From Octopus sinensis (taxonomy: Eukaryota): a DNA stretch of 64,000 bases. The notes under the pieces are model-generated. The model had not been told where the DNA came from and searched no databases. It saw nothing but the letters and a program-made list of their open reading frames with translations. Shown piece by piece: positions 1 to 12,982 of the stretch; position 1 is the stretch's first letter, and each line of letters opens with the position of its first letter. The stretch is from positions 119,226,001-119,290,000 of the forward strand of contig NC_043000.1 of the NCBI RefSeq assembly GCF_006345805.1, written 5' to 3'. The translations under genes and the position numbers were made by a program.

Positions 1-438
1 GTGCATAAAGACCAGTAGCCTTCATGTAGCAATAAAGTACATGAAAACTCTATGCACTTTATTGTACATAATAGAGTACAATAAAGTACTTTTTCAATCA
101 CTCAGTCCCGGATCTCGCTTCCCTTCCGCCCATCTTTTATTCTTGTAGACGTTTCTCATCAGATGTTCATCAGACTGATTTCACCAGGTGCAACATTCTC
201 AGGTGGTTAATAAATGTTTCTAGTTATCCATCGCTTCAATGATTTCTTTAAAAATCTCCCAAGAGACGTATAGACACTCCCCAGTTGACTGGGTCAAAAC
301 ACTTAGATACCGTCCGTTATTAACCAATTAAAACGTGTGAGAAATCGCCAAGCAACGTGATATTCTGTTCTGAAAGAGGTGCAATAATCATCTAAAATAT
401 TCAATTTGAACCGACGCACATGATAAAACAGAGATATA

Positions 439-946
439 TCTATATATATAAAACTCTAGTTGTGTGAGTGTCTGTCCCCTTCGATTTAGATTCCTAACTC
501 CTCCCACATTTTGCGGTGCAGTTTAACCAAATTCGGGTATCTTATAGTCGTGATTCATATCGAGCCCGTCTGAGTATTAGCGCGCGTCAATGATGAGTCT
601 ACGATTTTAAAAATAATTTAACATCATTTTTTATTCCATTTTAATGCATAAAATGCATCGTATGTCGATGGCGGCGGAGTTGGCGTCCACGCTCACAGCT
701 GCACCTGTTTGCTTCTCCCCTTCTTCCCTCCCTCGTGAAGCTGTGGGGAAGGGAGTGTAAAGAAATCAACGTCGTAATGCGTTGTGAAGGAAACCAGCGT
801 TCTTTTAGAACAACGACTTCATGGCTTGAAGACACCAAAACAAAAATGGCTAAGAAAGCCCGAATTTATAAGGGAAGTAACTCTCTAAAAATGCTTATAT
901 AGTTATTTCCCTTACAAACCCGAGCAACGCCGGGCGATACTGCTAG
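439..946 (+). mobile_element. Non-autonomous Helitron
   Basis: Starts TC(TATATATAAAA) after an A. Ends with hairpin CCCGAGCAACGCCGGG then CTAG (943-946) before a T, the A|TC...CTRR|T Helitron signature. Related copy at 33766-34161. Confidence 0.8.
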
Positions 947-986
947 TTAATAATAAATCTGAAAGAACAAATATTGTAATAGACAC

Positions 987-987
<1 letters not shown>

Positions 988-1029
<42 letters not shown>

Positions 1030-1030
1030 A

Positions 1031-1110
<80 letters not shown>

Positions 1111-1130
1111 CTACTACTACTACTACTATT
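988..1130. repeat. (GTA)n microsatellite that flips to (CTA)n
   Basis: Direct reading; it explains the poly-T/L/V ORFs at 912-1301. Confidence 0.95.
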
Positions 1131-1156
1131 ACTATTGTGTCTATTAAAATATTGCC

Positions 1157-1218
1157 AGTGAATCTGGCAAACCGAACCTGAAAGAAACCCATCGAATGTG
1201 TGTGTGTGTGTGTGTGTG

Positions 1219-1249
<31 letters not shown>

Positions 1250-1450
1250 CGCGTGTGTGTGTCTGCGTTTGTCCCTCACCCCGCCCACCATCGCTTGACA
1301 ACCGATGTTGGTGCGTTTACGTTTCCTAAACTTCGCAGGTTACAATGAATAAGTCATGGGGTCGATTTGTTCGACTAAAAGCCGTACTCCAGCATGGCCG
1401 CAGTCAAGTGACTGAAACAAGTTAAAGAATAAAAGAAAAAGAATAAAAGA
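1157..1450 (+). mobile_element. SINE family A, 3' portion
   Basis: Matches the body and tail of full copies such as 18013-18437 (cttgacaaccgatg...ccagcatggccgcagtcaa...gactgaaacaag). Confidence 0.75.
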
Positions 1451-1829
1451 TCATATATATATATATATATACACATATATACATACATGTGTGTTTGTGT
1501 GAGTGTGTTTGTGTGTGCGTGCACACGTATACAACGTAGTCACTCATAAACATGACGTTCGTAGCTGGAGTACTTTTTATTATAGATCAGAATTGTAACT
1601 GTTAAGGCTAACTTGTCCACCAAAAGCACAAAAAGCTCTAATACACAGATATTAGCCACAATTATGAAAGGACGTCATCCATGCGTAGCATTTCTCACCT
1701 GAAAATACTTAACTTCTGACAAAACCCTTATTGTTACAATTCATTTAACAAGTAGTTTACGCATATCTTTCAGGAAGTCAAATCAAAAACTCGCTCACAT
1801 TAATACATGATCGTTTCTATATTACCAGG

Positions 1830-2137
1830 TGTGGTTCTGTGGGAAGAGGTTTGTTTCCCAACCACTTGATCCTGGGTTCAGTCCCATTGCGTGGCACATT
1901 GGACAAGTATCTTCTACTATAGCTCCGGACCAACCAAAGCCTTGTGAATGGATTTGATAGACAGAAACTGAAAGAAACACGTCTTGTGTGTGTGTGTGTT
2001 GTGTGTTGTGTATGTAAAAAGACAAACAATGTTACTATATCTATGGTCAAGAGGAAAGTATTTGCTTATTAGAGTTAGGAATTATTTTGCTATATTAGAT
2101 CTTACGTTGAGTGGAAAGGAATATGTTGTGTGTTGTG

Positions 2138-2169
<32 letters not shown>

Positions 2170-2430
2170 ATGTGTGTGTGTGTGTGTATATATGTGTGTG
2201 TGTGTATGTGTGTGTGTGTGTGTGTGTGTGTATTCCCCCGCTACTGCTTTACAACCAGTATTGGTGTGTTTACGTCCCCTTAACTTCGCAGCTCAACAAA
2301 AGAGCCCGGTGGAATACATGCTCGGCTTTTAAAAGAATTAATACTAAAGTCGATTTTTCGACTAAAATTCTTCGAGTCGCTGCCCCAGCATGGCCGCAAT
2401 TTGAAACAAGTAAACACATAAAAGGATAAA
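1830..2430 (+). mobile_element. SINE family A, degenerate and interrupted
   Basis: tRNA-like head (gggttcagtccc B box) at about 1830-1990; tail at about 2230-2430. Confidence 0.6.
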
Positions 2431-2619
2431 CGAATACCACCCGCTACATAGTGTATAAAAACCGAATCTGGAATATTAGCAGAAGAATCTCCAATCTTTC
2501 CTTGAGTAAGAAAATATTTGATAATGCAATCCACTATGGCAATAAAGTTTTACTAACAGTTCAAAGGGAAAATTACATACATACATACATACATACATAA
2601 TTTTTCCATCGTCTCGGCT

Positions 2620-2990
2620 TAACAACCCTCATCGTTTGTTTTTACTGTGTTATTCTCTTCGTCCTATCTTTTACTGTTTTTACTTGTATTGTTTTTACTG
2701 TCTTCTTTTGTTCTTACTGTCCTGTTCTTGTTACCAATTTTTACCCCTCCGCAAAAAATCCCAAATTTTATTTACTTTGCTTTGCGGGAAGGGCAATTTC
2801 AAGGAAGTCGCGTCTTGTCCTTACCTTCGAAATGCAGAGTAGATGAAACGGGGGCAACTGAAGAAGGGGAATATTCCTTGTGTTGTATGTTCGTTTCCAT
2901 CTTTTTGTTTTTATGTTTCCGTTTTTCATGGTGTTCAACGTTTTTTTGGTGTCCTGTACCCATATATGCATGTATATATACATATAGATG
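2620..2990 (+). repeat. Interspersed repeat, possibly a Penelope-like terminal repeat
   Basis: Homologous to 22380-22720 (-) and 35640-35930 (+) (gtagatgaaac...caactgaagaaggggaatattc). The classification is an inference. Confidence 0.5.
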
Positions 2991-3046
2991 TAGGTATGTA
3001 CATATATGTATGTATATATGCATATGTTTTATATATTATTTTGTTA

Positions 3047-3077
<31 letters not shown>

Positions 3078-3488
3078 CATACATACATACATACATACAT
3101 ACATACATACATACATACATACATACATACATACCTTACTCCTTATCCAACAAATGAAAAAACAAACAACGTAGTTTCATATGGTTCACATATTCCTTTC
3201 CACTCAACGTAAGATCTAATATAGCAAAATAATTCCTAACTGTAATAAGCAAATATTTTCCTCCTGACCATAGATATAGTAACATTTTTTTCTTTTTACA
3301 TACACAACTTTAAAATTAGTTACAGTTGCACTATAAAATGAAAAACATATCACCGACCATCAAAATCTACCTGCAACACCAAAGGTATATGTTTCCTGTT
3401 AGAATTTAACACATGCTTACCACATAAAGCTACAATACAGATGCAAAAAAATCTATTAGTAGGAGGAGCCTCAACAGAACACACCCCA

Positions 3489-3864
3489 GTGGCACTCCGC
3501 CGGTTACGACGATGTTGGTTCCAGCTGATCCGATCAACAGATTAGCCTGCTCGTGAAATTAACGTGCAAGTGGCTGAGCACTCCACAGACACGTATACCC
3601 TTAACATAGTTCTCGGGAAGATTCAGCGTGACACACGGTGTGACATGACTGGGCCTTTGAAATACAGGTACAACAGAAACAGGAAGTAAGAGTGAGAGAA
3701 AGTTGTGGTGAAAGAGTACAGCAAAGTTCGGCACCAACCCCAGCCGGAGCCTCGTTGAGCTTTGGGTGATTTCGGTCAACAAACACTCACAACGCCCGAT
3801 CTGAGAATCGAAACCGCGATCCTACGATCGCGAGTCCGCTGCACTAACCACTGGGCTCCTCCAC
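3489..3864 (-). mobile_element. SINE family C (tRNA-Arg-like head), tail type 1
   Basis: Minus strand reads gtggagg...cagtggttag...gactcgcg...ggtttcgattc, then the body shared with 39617-39956 and 40590-40862. Confidence 0.8.
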
Positions 3865-4044
3865 CCACCCAAGCACATGAACATTAGATAGCCATGACTT
3901 AAGGGTCATTTAAACAATATTTTACCAATCAAAGGTACACTGGCGACATAATTCTGCATGATGCAGAACTGTTTTGTTACATAGCAAAGTACGTCTGTAG
4001 TAATAGATACAAATGAAAGTATATAGGCATCCTACAAGAGTTGT

Positions 4045-4358
4045 GTGGAGGCACATGGCCTAATGGTTAGGGCAGCGGAATCACGGTCGAGAGATCGCGG
4101 GTTCAAATCTCAGACCGGGCGATGTGTGTGTTTGTATGCGAAACACCTAAGCTCCACGCGGCTCCGCAGAAGGTAATGGCGAACTTCTGCTGACTCTTTC
4201 GCCACAACTTTCTCTCACCCTTTCCTCCTGCATCTTGCAGCTCACCTGCGACGGACCGGCGTCCCGTCCAGGTGGGGAACCTATACGCCAAGGAAACCGG
4301 GAAACAGTTCTTATGAGCCAGACATCGATCGAGAAGGAACAAACAGCAACAACAACAG
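4045..4358 (+). mobile_element. tRNA-derived SINE (C-type head, different tail) with a 12-bp TSD
   Basis: A box tggcctaatgg, B box ggttcaaatc, (AAC)n tail. TACAAGAGTTGT is duplicated at 4033-4044 and 4359-4370. Confidence 0.85.
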
Positions 4359-4684
4359 TACAAGAGTTGTAAGTTGCTCATTTGTTAGTCATAAGTTTTC
4401 ACTTTTTGCAAAATTTCCCAGCGAGATATTCGCAATTGTCGGACCGCTGATTTCTAAAACAGATCATAACTTTAGTTCCAAGTTCTGTACAGCGCTATAA
4501 ACTCTGGTGTGTTTGTACTAGATTGCTGTTTTTTTATTAGGACGATTTCAGTGTTTTTAAAAGTGTCGAGACATGTGAGACGTAATTTTTTCACGATCAT
4601 CTGGTATTTATTCGCAAGCATGTATGAGTGTATGTGAGTATGTATGTGTTTATGTGTATATGTATGTATGCATGTATGTGTGTA

Positions 4685-4983
4685 GGTGGAATGTGCGTGG
4701 TTTCGTAGTTAGATTATTCGGTTCACGATTATAAGGTCGTGAGTTCGATTCCTGGCCGCATGTTGTCCCCTTGAGCAAGACTCTTTATTTCACGCATACT
4801 CCAGTTCATTCAGCTGGTAAAAATGAGTGGTACGTGTATTTCAAAAGGGTAGCTTTGTCACATTGTGTCATGCTGAACCTCCCTGAGTTAAGGGCACCCT
4901 TAGTCACTTGCACGTGAATCTCATGCACAGCTGTTCCGTTAGTGGGACCAACAGGAATATTCATCGTAACCGACGGATTGCCA
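4685..4983 (+). mobile_element. tRNA-derived SINE (different head and body, tail type 1)
   Basis: B box gagttcgattcc; body ccttgagcaag...cagctggtaaaaatgagt; the tail resembles that of 3489-3864. Confidence 0.65.
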
Positions 4984-4984
4984 T

Positions 4985-6180
4985 TTATGTATGAATGTAT
5001 GCATGCATGCATGTATGTATGTATGTATGTATGTATGTATTATGTATGTATGTATGTATGTATGTATGTATGAATATATGTATGCTTGTATGTATGTATG
5101 TATGTATGTATGTATGTATGTATGTATGAATGTATGTATGTATGTATGCATGTATGTATGTATGTATGTATATATGCATGTATGTATGTATGCATGTATG
5201 TATGTATGTATGTATGTATGTATGTATGTATGCTTGTATGTATGTATGTATGTATGTATGTATGAATGTATGTATGTATATGTGTGTGTATGTATGTATG
5301 TATGTATGTATGTATGTATGCTTGTATGTATGTATGTATGTATGTATGTATGTATGCATGCATGTATGTATGTATGTATGTATGAATGTATGTATGCTTA
5401 TATGTATGTATGTATGCATGTATGTATGTATGTATGCATGTATGTATGTATGTATGTATGTATGTATGTATGCTTGTATGTATGTATCTATGCATGTATG
5501 TATGTATGTATGCATGCATGTATGTATGCTTATATGTATGTATGTATGTATGTATGAATGTATGTATGCTTATATGTATGTATGTATGTATGTATGAATG
5601 AATGTATGTATGTGTGTATGAATGTATGTATGTATTATGTATGTATGTATGCTTGTATGTATGTATGTATGTATGTATGTATGCATGTATGTATGTATGT
5701 CTGTATGTATGTGTGTGTATAAATGTATGTATGTATATATGAATGTATATACGCTCGCATGTATGTATGCATGTATTTATGTATGTATGTATGTATGTAT
5801 GTATGTAGTATATATGTATGATATGTATGTATGTATGTATGTATGTATGTGTGTGTGTATAAATGTATGTATGTATGTATGAATGTATATACGCTCGCAT
5901 GTATGTATGCATGTATTTATGTGTGTATGTATGTATGTATGCTTGTATGTATGTGTGAATATATGTACGCTTTCATGTATGTATGCATGTATTTATGTAT
6001 GTATGTATGTATGCATGTATGTATGTATGTATGTATGCATGTATGTATGTATGCATGCATGTATGTCTGCATGTATGTATGTATGTATGTATGTATGTAT
6101 GTATGTATCTATGAATGTATGTATGTATGAATGTATGTATGTATGTATGTATGTATGTATGTATGTATGTATGTATGTAT
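4985..6180. repeat. About 1.2-kb degenerate (TATG)n microsatellite
   Basis: Direct reading; source of the MYVC/HTYI ORFs. Confidence 0.95.
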
Positions 6181-6965
6181 ATTTTGGGTATACGAAGTTT
6201 TAATTTTAAAACAAAGAAACAGTCGGAAGTTCAGATATTTATTTTCTCAAGAAATAATTTTTAGTTTCAATTTGGTGATATGAAGTTCTAAAATTATAAG
6301 AAAAGAAAACTTCTGATATTTATTTTCTCAAGAATGCTAAGTTAGTTCGTTAATTTATTTTCCTTATTAACCACACTCACAGTAATTGCTTTTGTTTAAA
6401 AATTCACACATTAAAAATTCACATTAAGCACTGTTGAAGTAATTGACGTTGCATTCCGTAATTTGTCATTAAGCAACTATTCGATGTAGGTGGAAAAATA
6501 AAGTGTACTTCAACAAAGATATTCAGAGAAGTATTTAACTGCCGCAAAGTTGTTTTTTGAAATGTTACTTCTATAAAGCAACGGTTAAATTTTCAAAATA
6601 CATCTTCTTCTGGTTTCCCTATTCATGGCTAGCGAATAGTTTACGCCTAATCAAACATGTAGGACGGTACTACTGTGACTAGTACAAACACATTTTTATC
6701 TTTTTCCTTGCAATGACAATGATAAACCGTAGGCATGTTGGGGCACTGGCTTGAATAATTTTAGCGGAACTTAATGGTACTTATTCTATCAGACACTTTT
6801 ACCGAACAGTAAAGGGGGACAAATACATACACATACACCTACGTACATACATACATTCATACATGCACGCAGACACGCCAGACAGACACAAACACACACA
6901 CACACACCACACGCCCACACACACACACACACACACACAACACACACACACACATATATATATAT

Positions 6966-7018
<53 letters not shown>

Positions 7019-7439
7019 ATATGTCGAAACCATTGTGATATCCGCAGGGCATCTGATGATGGAAGTATGTTGGATTATTGGTATGGCCGACATTTGTATG
7101 TGCGGAATAGTCTTATCAGACATCCATATATATATTATATATATATAATAATATATAATATATATATATATATATATTAATATATATATATATTATATAT
7201 ATATTATATATATATATATATACTATATATATATATAGTATATATGCAGCAGGTGAATGCTTTTTAAGCATCATTATGCTTCGTGCAAATTTATAATTCA
7301 TAGCTATATAATGCAATTGTGCCGTCGATCCACCTATGTCACTGCTGGTGATATCACCAATTTTAAAATATATCCACAGATGACTTAACAGTAGAGACAT
7401 CTTATTTCAAATCTTAGTGTTTGAATGTTTTGCTTATAG

Positions 7440-7474
<35 letters not shown>

Positions 7475-7744
7475 ATATATATATTATTATATATATATAC
7501 ATATGTACATACATATATACATACGTACGTACAACATACATATATATATATAATATATGTACATGCAACTATATAATATATGTATGTATATATGTATGTA
7601 TGTATGTATAGATAGATAGATTGAAAGATATATATATACATATGTACATACATATATACATACGTACGTACAACATACATATATATATATAATATATGTA
7701 CATGCAACTATATAATATATGTATGTATGTATAGATAGATAGAT

Positions 7745-7778
<34 letters not shown>

Positions 7779-7863
7779 GTATGTACATACATATATACAT
7801 ACGTACGTACAACATACATATATATATAATATATGTACATGCAACTATATAATATATGTATGT

Positions 7864-7951
<88 letters not shown>

Positions 7952-8096
7952 CCAGATATAGATATATAGATATATAGATAAATATATATATACATACGTA
8001 CGTACAACATACATATATATATATATATAATATATGTACATGCAACTATATAATATATGTATGTATGTATAGATAGATAGTTAGATAGATAGATAA

Positions 8097-8168
<72 letters not shown>

Positions 8169-8193
8169 CCAGACAGATAGCTAGCTAGCCAGC

Positions 8194-8282
<89 letters not shown>
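7440..8282. repeat. Compound (TA)n/(TACA)n/(GATA)n array with a higher-order repeat unit
   Basis: The block catacgtacgtacaacatac...gtacatgcaactatataat recurs four times. Confidence 0.85.
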
Positions 8283-8283
<1 letters not shown>

Positions 8284-8606
8284 TACACTACGGGTTTCTT
8301 TCAGTTTCTGTCAACAAATCCACTCACAAGGTTTTGATGGCCTGGGACTATAGTAGAAGACACTGGCCCAAGGTGCCAGCAGTGGAACTGACCCAAGGAC
8401 CATGTGATTGGGGAGTGAGGGTTGAGAACCCTAATCTAGTACAATGCTATAGTGATGAATTAATAAATATAATTCTTCGACCTTAAAATGGCTTCTAACG
8501 CAGATAATGTTCTCATTGGCTCAGGTATGGCTGTGTGCTTAAGAATCTCATTATAGCCCCGTGCTGACCAAATGCCTCGTGCGAGAATCCTGTAGACAGA
8601 AACTCT

Positions 8607-8838
8607 GGAGGCAAGCTGGCAGAATCGTTAGCACGCTGGGCGAAATGCGTAGCCGTATTTCGTCTGTCGTTACGTTCGGAGTTTAAATTCTGCCGAGGTC
8701 GACTTTGCCTTTCATCCTTTTGGGGTTGATAAATTAAGTACCAGTTACGCACTGGGGTCGATATAATCGACTTCATCCGTTTGTCTCCCCTTGTTTGTCC
8801 TCTTTGTGTTTAGCCCCTTGAGGGTAGTAAAGAAATAA
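8607..8838 (+). mobile_element. SINE family B
   Basis: gagctggcagaa...gagtt(c/t)aaattc...gtaccagttacgcactggggtcga...aaagaaata, as in more than 15 other copies in the window. Confidence 0.8.
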
Positions 8839-9508
8839 GAAACTCTGAAGAAGCCCATCGTATATGTCTGTGTGTGTGTGTGTGTGTGTGTGTTTCTCTT
8901 GTTTTTGTCTCACCTCCACCACCACTGCCCGACAACCAACGTTGCTATATTTTTTTACATCTCCGTAATTAGCGGCTCAACAAAAGAGACTGATAAGTTT
9001 ATACCAGACTTTAAAAAAATACATCTATTGGAGTTGATTTGTTTCCTTAAACCGTTTAAGCTAGGCCCCCAGCATGGCCGTAACAATGACTAAAACAAAT
9101 AAAACATACAAAATTGAAAGATATTGCTCATTCTAATCGTTAATAGAACCACAAGTAGTCAAATCGTTGAGATGTCACTATCATTGACCAATAATATGGC
9201 GCTTTTACTCATTTCACAATCACTTCATGTCAGCTTTTCAATGGCCACTTCATTACATATGTTAAAACAAACTCAAGTATTTCATTAGCTTGGTTTTGCC
9301 TAAATGTTTGAAAAAAAGTAGCGCAAATTTCTATCGAGTTATTACAGCTGTTTAAATATTCAAAGTCCTTCAAGCTATGTTAGACGCTAGAACACTTCCA
9401 TTGTTACACATACATACATATAAATAAATATATATACATATTATATATGTAAATATATATATTATATATATATATTATATATATATATAATTATAATATA
9501 GATATATC

Positions 9509-9539
<31 letters not shown>

Positions 9540-9926
9540 TATATATATACATATCTACACATATATAATATATATACTATATATATATACATATATATAT
9601 ACATATATCCATATATATAAGCTATTTTGATTTCCTTCGATTTTTATATGATTTTTAAACCGTAATTTGTAATTTCATACAACCGGTTATTGAAAAGACC
9701 GTTAGTTGAAAGGACCAATGAAACAAAACCATTTTCAAATGTGTATCTTTCAAAGTGATTGTATTTCTGCGTATAACTTTATCTTGCTCCATTCTAAACA
9801 AAACTGCCCGACGAACTGGAATGTGAAACTCTCAGTAACAGTTTTTGTGATATCTTTGCTGTTTTTTATTAATAAAGTATATATGTGTATGTGTGTGTTT
9901 GTGTGAGTGTATGTGTGTGTGTGTGT

Positions 9927-10026
9927 GTAAATATAATATGTGACAATTATTCGGTTTCAAGTGAGGGTGGATGAGTATACTCATCCACTCTCACTTGAAA
10001 CCGAATAATACTCACATTATATTTAC
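9927..10026. repeat. Zero-spacer palindrome with arms of about 50 bp
   Basis: Centre atgagta|tactcat at 9977/9978; arms ttcggtttcaagtgag / ctcacttgaaaccgaa. Confidence 0.9.
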
Positions 10027-10503
10027 AGATGAATTCCTCTATTTACATAATATCGAGGTATCTTTCATTCTTTTATCGTCTTACTATTTCTATCAATATA
10101 TATATATAGAGAGAGAGAGAGAGTGGTTGTATAAAGTCAACATAACGTGACAGTCCCGTAGAGGGAATTACACCACCGCTATATAGCCCTAGGAAGCATC
10201 GACGCTTCCTGTCGCTCCACCACCGCTCACTCTCGTTCAGACATTTAGAAATTTAATATTTCTAATTATATGTATATATATATATATATACTGACAGGGA
10301 CTGTAATCGCCCGAAAACACTGGTGTATATGTATGCATTTATGTTCTTTGACTACATCATTAGAGCATTTTAGCTCTTATTTCTAGCAATGTCGGTTTCT
10401 TTAGCCCCTAGTCATATTAGTGACACTCATAGTTTTCCGTTTTGGTAAACATGCAGGCTGTGTCTATATTCATTTCCTACATACATACATACATACATAT
10501 TAT

Positions 10504-10559
<56 letters not shown>

Positions 10560-10984
10560 ATTATATATATATATATATTATTATTATTATTATTATTATA
10601 TTATTATTATTATTATTATTATCATTATTATATTGTATAGAGGGCATTATTACACATAAATGCCACACGCTAGGAGGGACTCTTAAAGTCATAACTACCA
10701 AATATAAGCACATTGCACCGAATGCAACTCCCAAAGCGAGTCATATAAAAACAGAATTTAGCTCCATATCACCTGTGATTTTGCAATTTACACGTTATAC
10801 GCGTCCCTTGCTCTTCAGTGAAGCGAATCCAAAATATATCATAAATAAACAAAAGCATCACACGACGTGGACAACCGTCGCCGCCATCGTAGCATAAGGA
10901 AATGTTTACCCATCATACATTTATGTAAATGGCTGGCTCTTTTGAATTGCATTTCGGGAGACAACGTGCTTTTTCGGAACAAAT

Positions 10985-11412
10985 TTTAAAAATAGGATAA
11001 AATCTTAATAAGAAATCTTAACAAGAAATTATCGAGTAGTTAGCGTGAAAAACCTCATAAGAGAAAAAACTGTAAATTTTTTTCTTTGAAAATATTTAAT
11101 TATAAATGCCACACGCTAGGAGGGACTCTTAAAGTAATAACTACCAAATATAAACACATTGCACCGAATGCAACTCCCAAAGCGAGTCATATTTATATTA
11201 GGTAGTTATGTTTATATTTGGTAGTTGTGTTTATATTTGGTAGTTATGACTTTAAAAGTCCCTCCTAGCGTGTGGCATTTACGTGTAATAATGCCCTCTA
11301 TACAATTTAAAAAATAAAAAAATTACTGTTTTTTCTCTTATGAGGTTTTTCACGCTAACTACTCGATAATTTCTTGTTAAGCTTTCTTATTAAGATTTTA
11401 TCCTGTTTTTAA
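10985..11412. repeat. Fold-back element, about 430 bp, unclassified
   Basis: Outer arms tttaaaaataggataaaatcttaataag...cctcataagag / ctcttatgagg...cttattaagattttatcctgtttttaaa. An extra direct copy of the inner segment lies at about 10625-10745. Confidence 0.8.
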
Positions 11413-11446
<34 letters not shown>

Positions 11447-11450
11447 GTGT

Positions 11451-11489
<39 letters not shown>

Positions 11490-11840
11490 TCTTTTATTCT
11501 TTTACTTGATTCAGTCATTTGACTGCGGCTATTCTGGAGCACGGCCTTTAGTCGAACAAATCGATCCCAGGACTTATTCTCTGTAAGCCTAGTACTTATT
11601 CTATCGGTCACTTTTTGCCGAACTGCTAAGTTACGGGGACGTAAACTCACCAACATCGATTGTCAAGTGATGGGGCGGGGGACAAAGACAAGCACACAAA
11701 CATATATTTATATATATATATACGACAGGCTTCTTTCAGTTTCCGTCTACCAAATCCACTCACAAGGCTTTAGTCGGCCAGAGGCTGTAGTAGAAGAGAC
11801 TTACCCAATGTGCCACGCTGTGGGACTGAACCCGGAACCA
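11490..11840 (-). mobile_element. SINE family A, 5'-truncated
   Basis: Reverse complement of the family A body and tail. Confidence 0.8.
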
Positions 11841-11969
11841 TTTGCTATATATATATATAACAAAGTGGAGTTGTAGGGTACCGCACGAGTGGAATTATAT
11901 ACGAAAGAAGGTTTGAAAATGCAATTTTAAAGATGTTTATATATATATATATATATATACACACACATG

Positions 11970-12001
<32 letters not shown>

Positions 12002-12361
12002 TGTATGTATGTATGTATGTATGTATGTATATATGTATGTATATATGTATATATGTATGTATGTATGTACGTATGTATGTATGTATGTATGCATGTATGT
12101 ATATATGTATAGGTGCAGACGTGACTCTGTGGTGAAAAGTTTGCTCTCCAACCACATGGTTCCAGGTTCAGTTTCACTCCGTGGCACCTTGAAAAGGTTT
12201 TTTCTACTATAACCTCGGGTCGACTAGAAACTTGTGAATGTGTTTAGTAGACGGAAACTGAAGGAATCCTGTTGTACGTGTGTGTGTGTGTGTTTTGTAT
12301 CCCTGTTTGTCGCCCACCACCACAACCACCACCACTTGGTAACCGGTATTGCTGTGTTTAA

Positions 12362-12596
12362 GGCGGCGAGCCGGCAGAAACGTTAGCACACCGGGCGAAA
12401 TGCTAGCGGTATTTCGTCTGCATTACGTTGTGAGTTCAAATTCCGCCGAGGTCGACTCTGCCTTTCATCCTTTCGGTGTCGATAAATTAAGTACCAGTTA
12501 CGCACTGGTGTCGATGTAATCGACTTAATACCTATGTATGTCCTTGTTTGTCCCCTCAGTGTCTAGCCTCTTGTGGGTAATAAAGAAATAGGTATT
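12362..12596 (+). mobile_element. SINE family B inserted in a family A copy
   Basis: Family A sequence (12105-12360) resumes after 12590 (ggtattgctgtgttta occurs on both sides). Confidence 0.75.
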
Positions 12597-12982
12597 GCTG
12601 TGTTTACCTCTCCCTGTACTAGCGGTTCGATAAAAGAGAATGACAGAGTAAGTATCCGCTTTAAAAACAAATTACGCGCATGGCGCAGTCTAATGACGTA
12701 AAATGTAAAAAATATGTCGGGGTGGGAGCAGCTATATTTTGAAGGAAACAAAGCTAATTTTTCTCATTGGTTTATTGTCAAAGACTCATACGCAATCCAT
12801 CCGGAATGTACTTCCTTTTAGATATTTTCACGAACCGATGCTCTCAATGTTTAATCACTATGGAAGTTACAAAAGAAAAGTTATATAACGAAATTAGATC
12901 ATCTTTTCTACTATAGGCACAAGGCCTGAAATTGTGATAAAGGGGGCTAGTCGATTACATCGACCCCAGTGCGTAACTAGTA

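Noticed and set aside
145-177. Hammerhead-like CTGATGA...GAAACGTC on the minus strand
   Set aside because: Stem II would have a 1-nt loop and stem I does not pair next to the core.
2820-2880. CTGAAGA/CTGATGA motif in the 2620/22380/35640 repeat family as a hammerhead
   Set aside because: No downstream GAAA closes stem II in any of the three copies.
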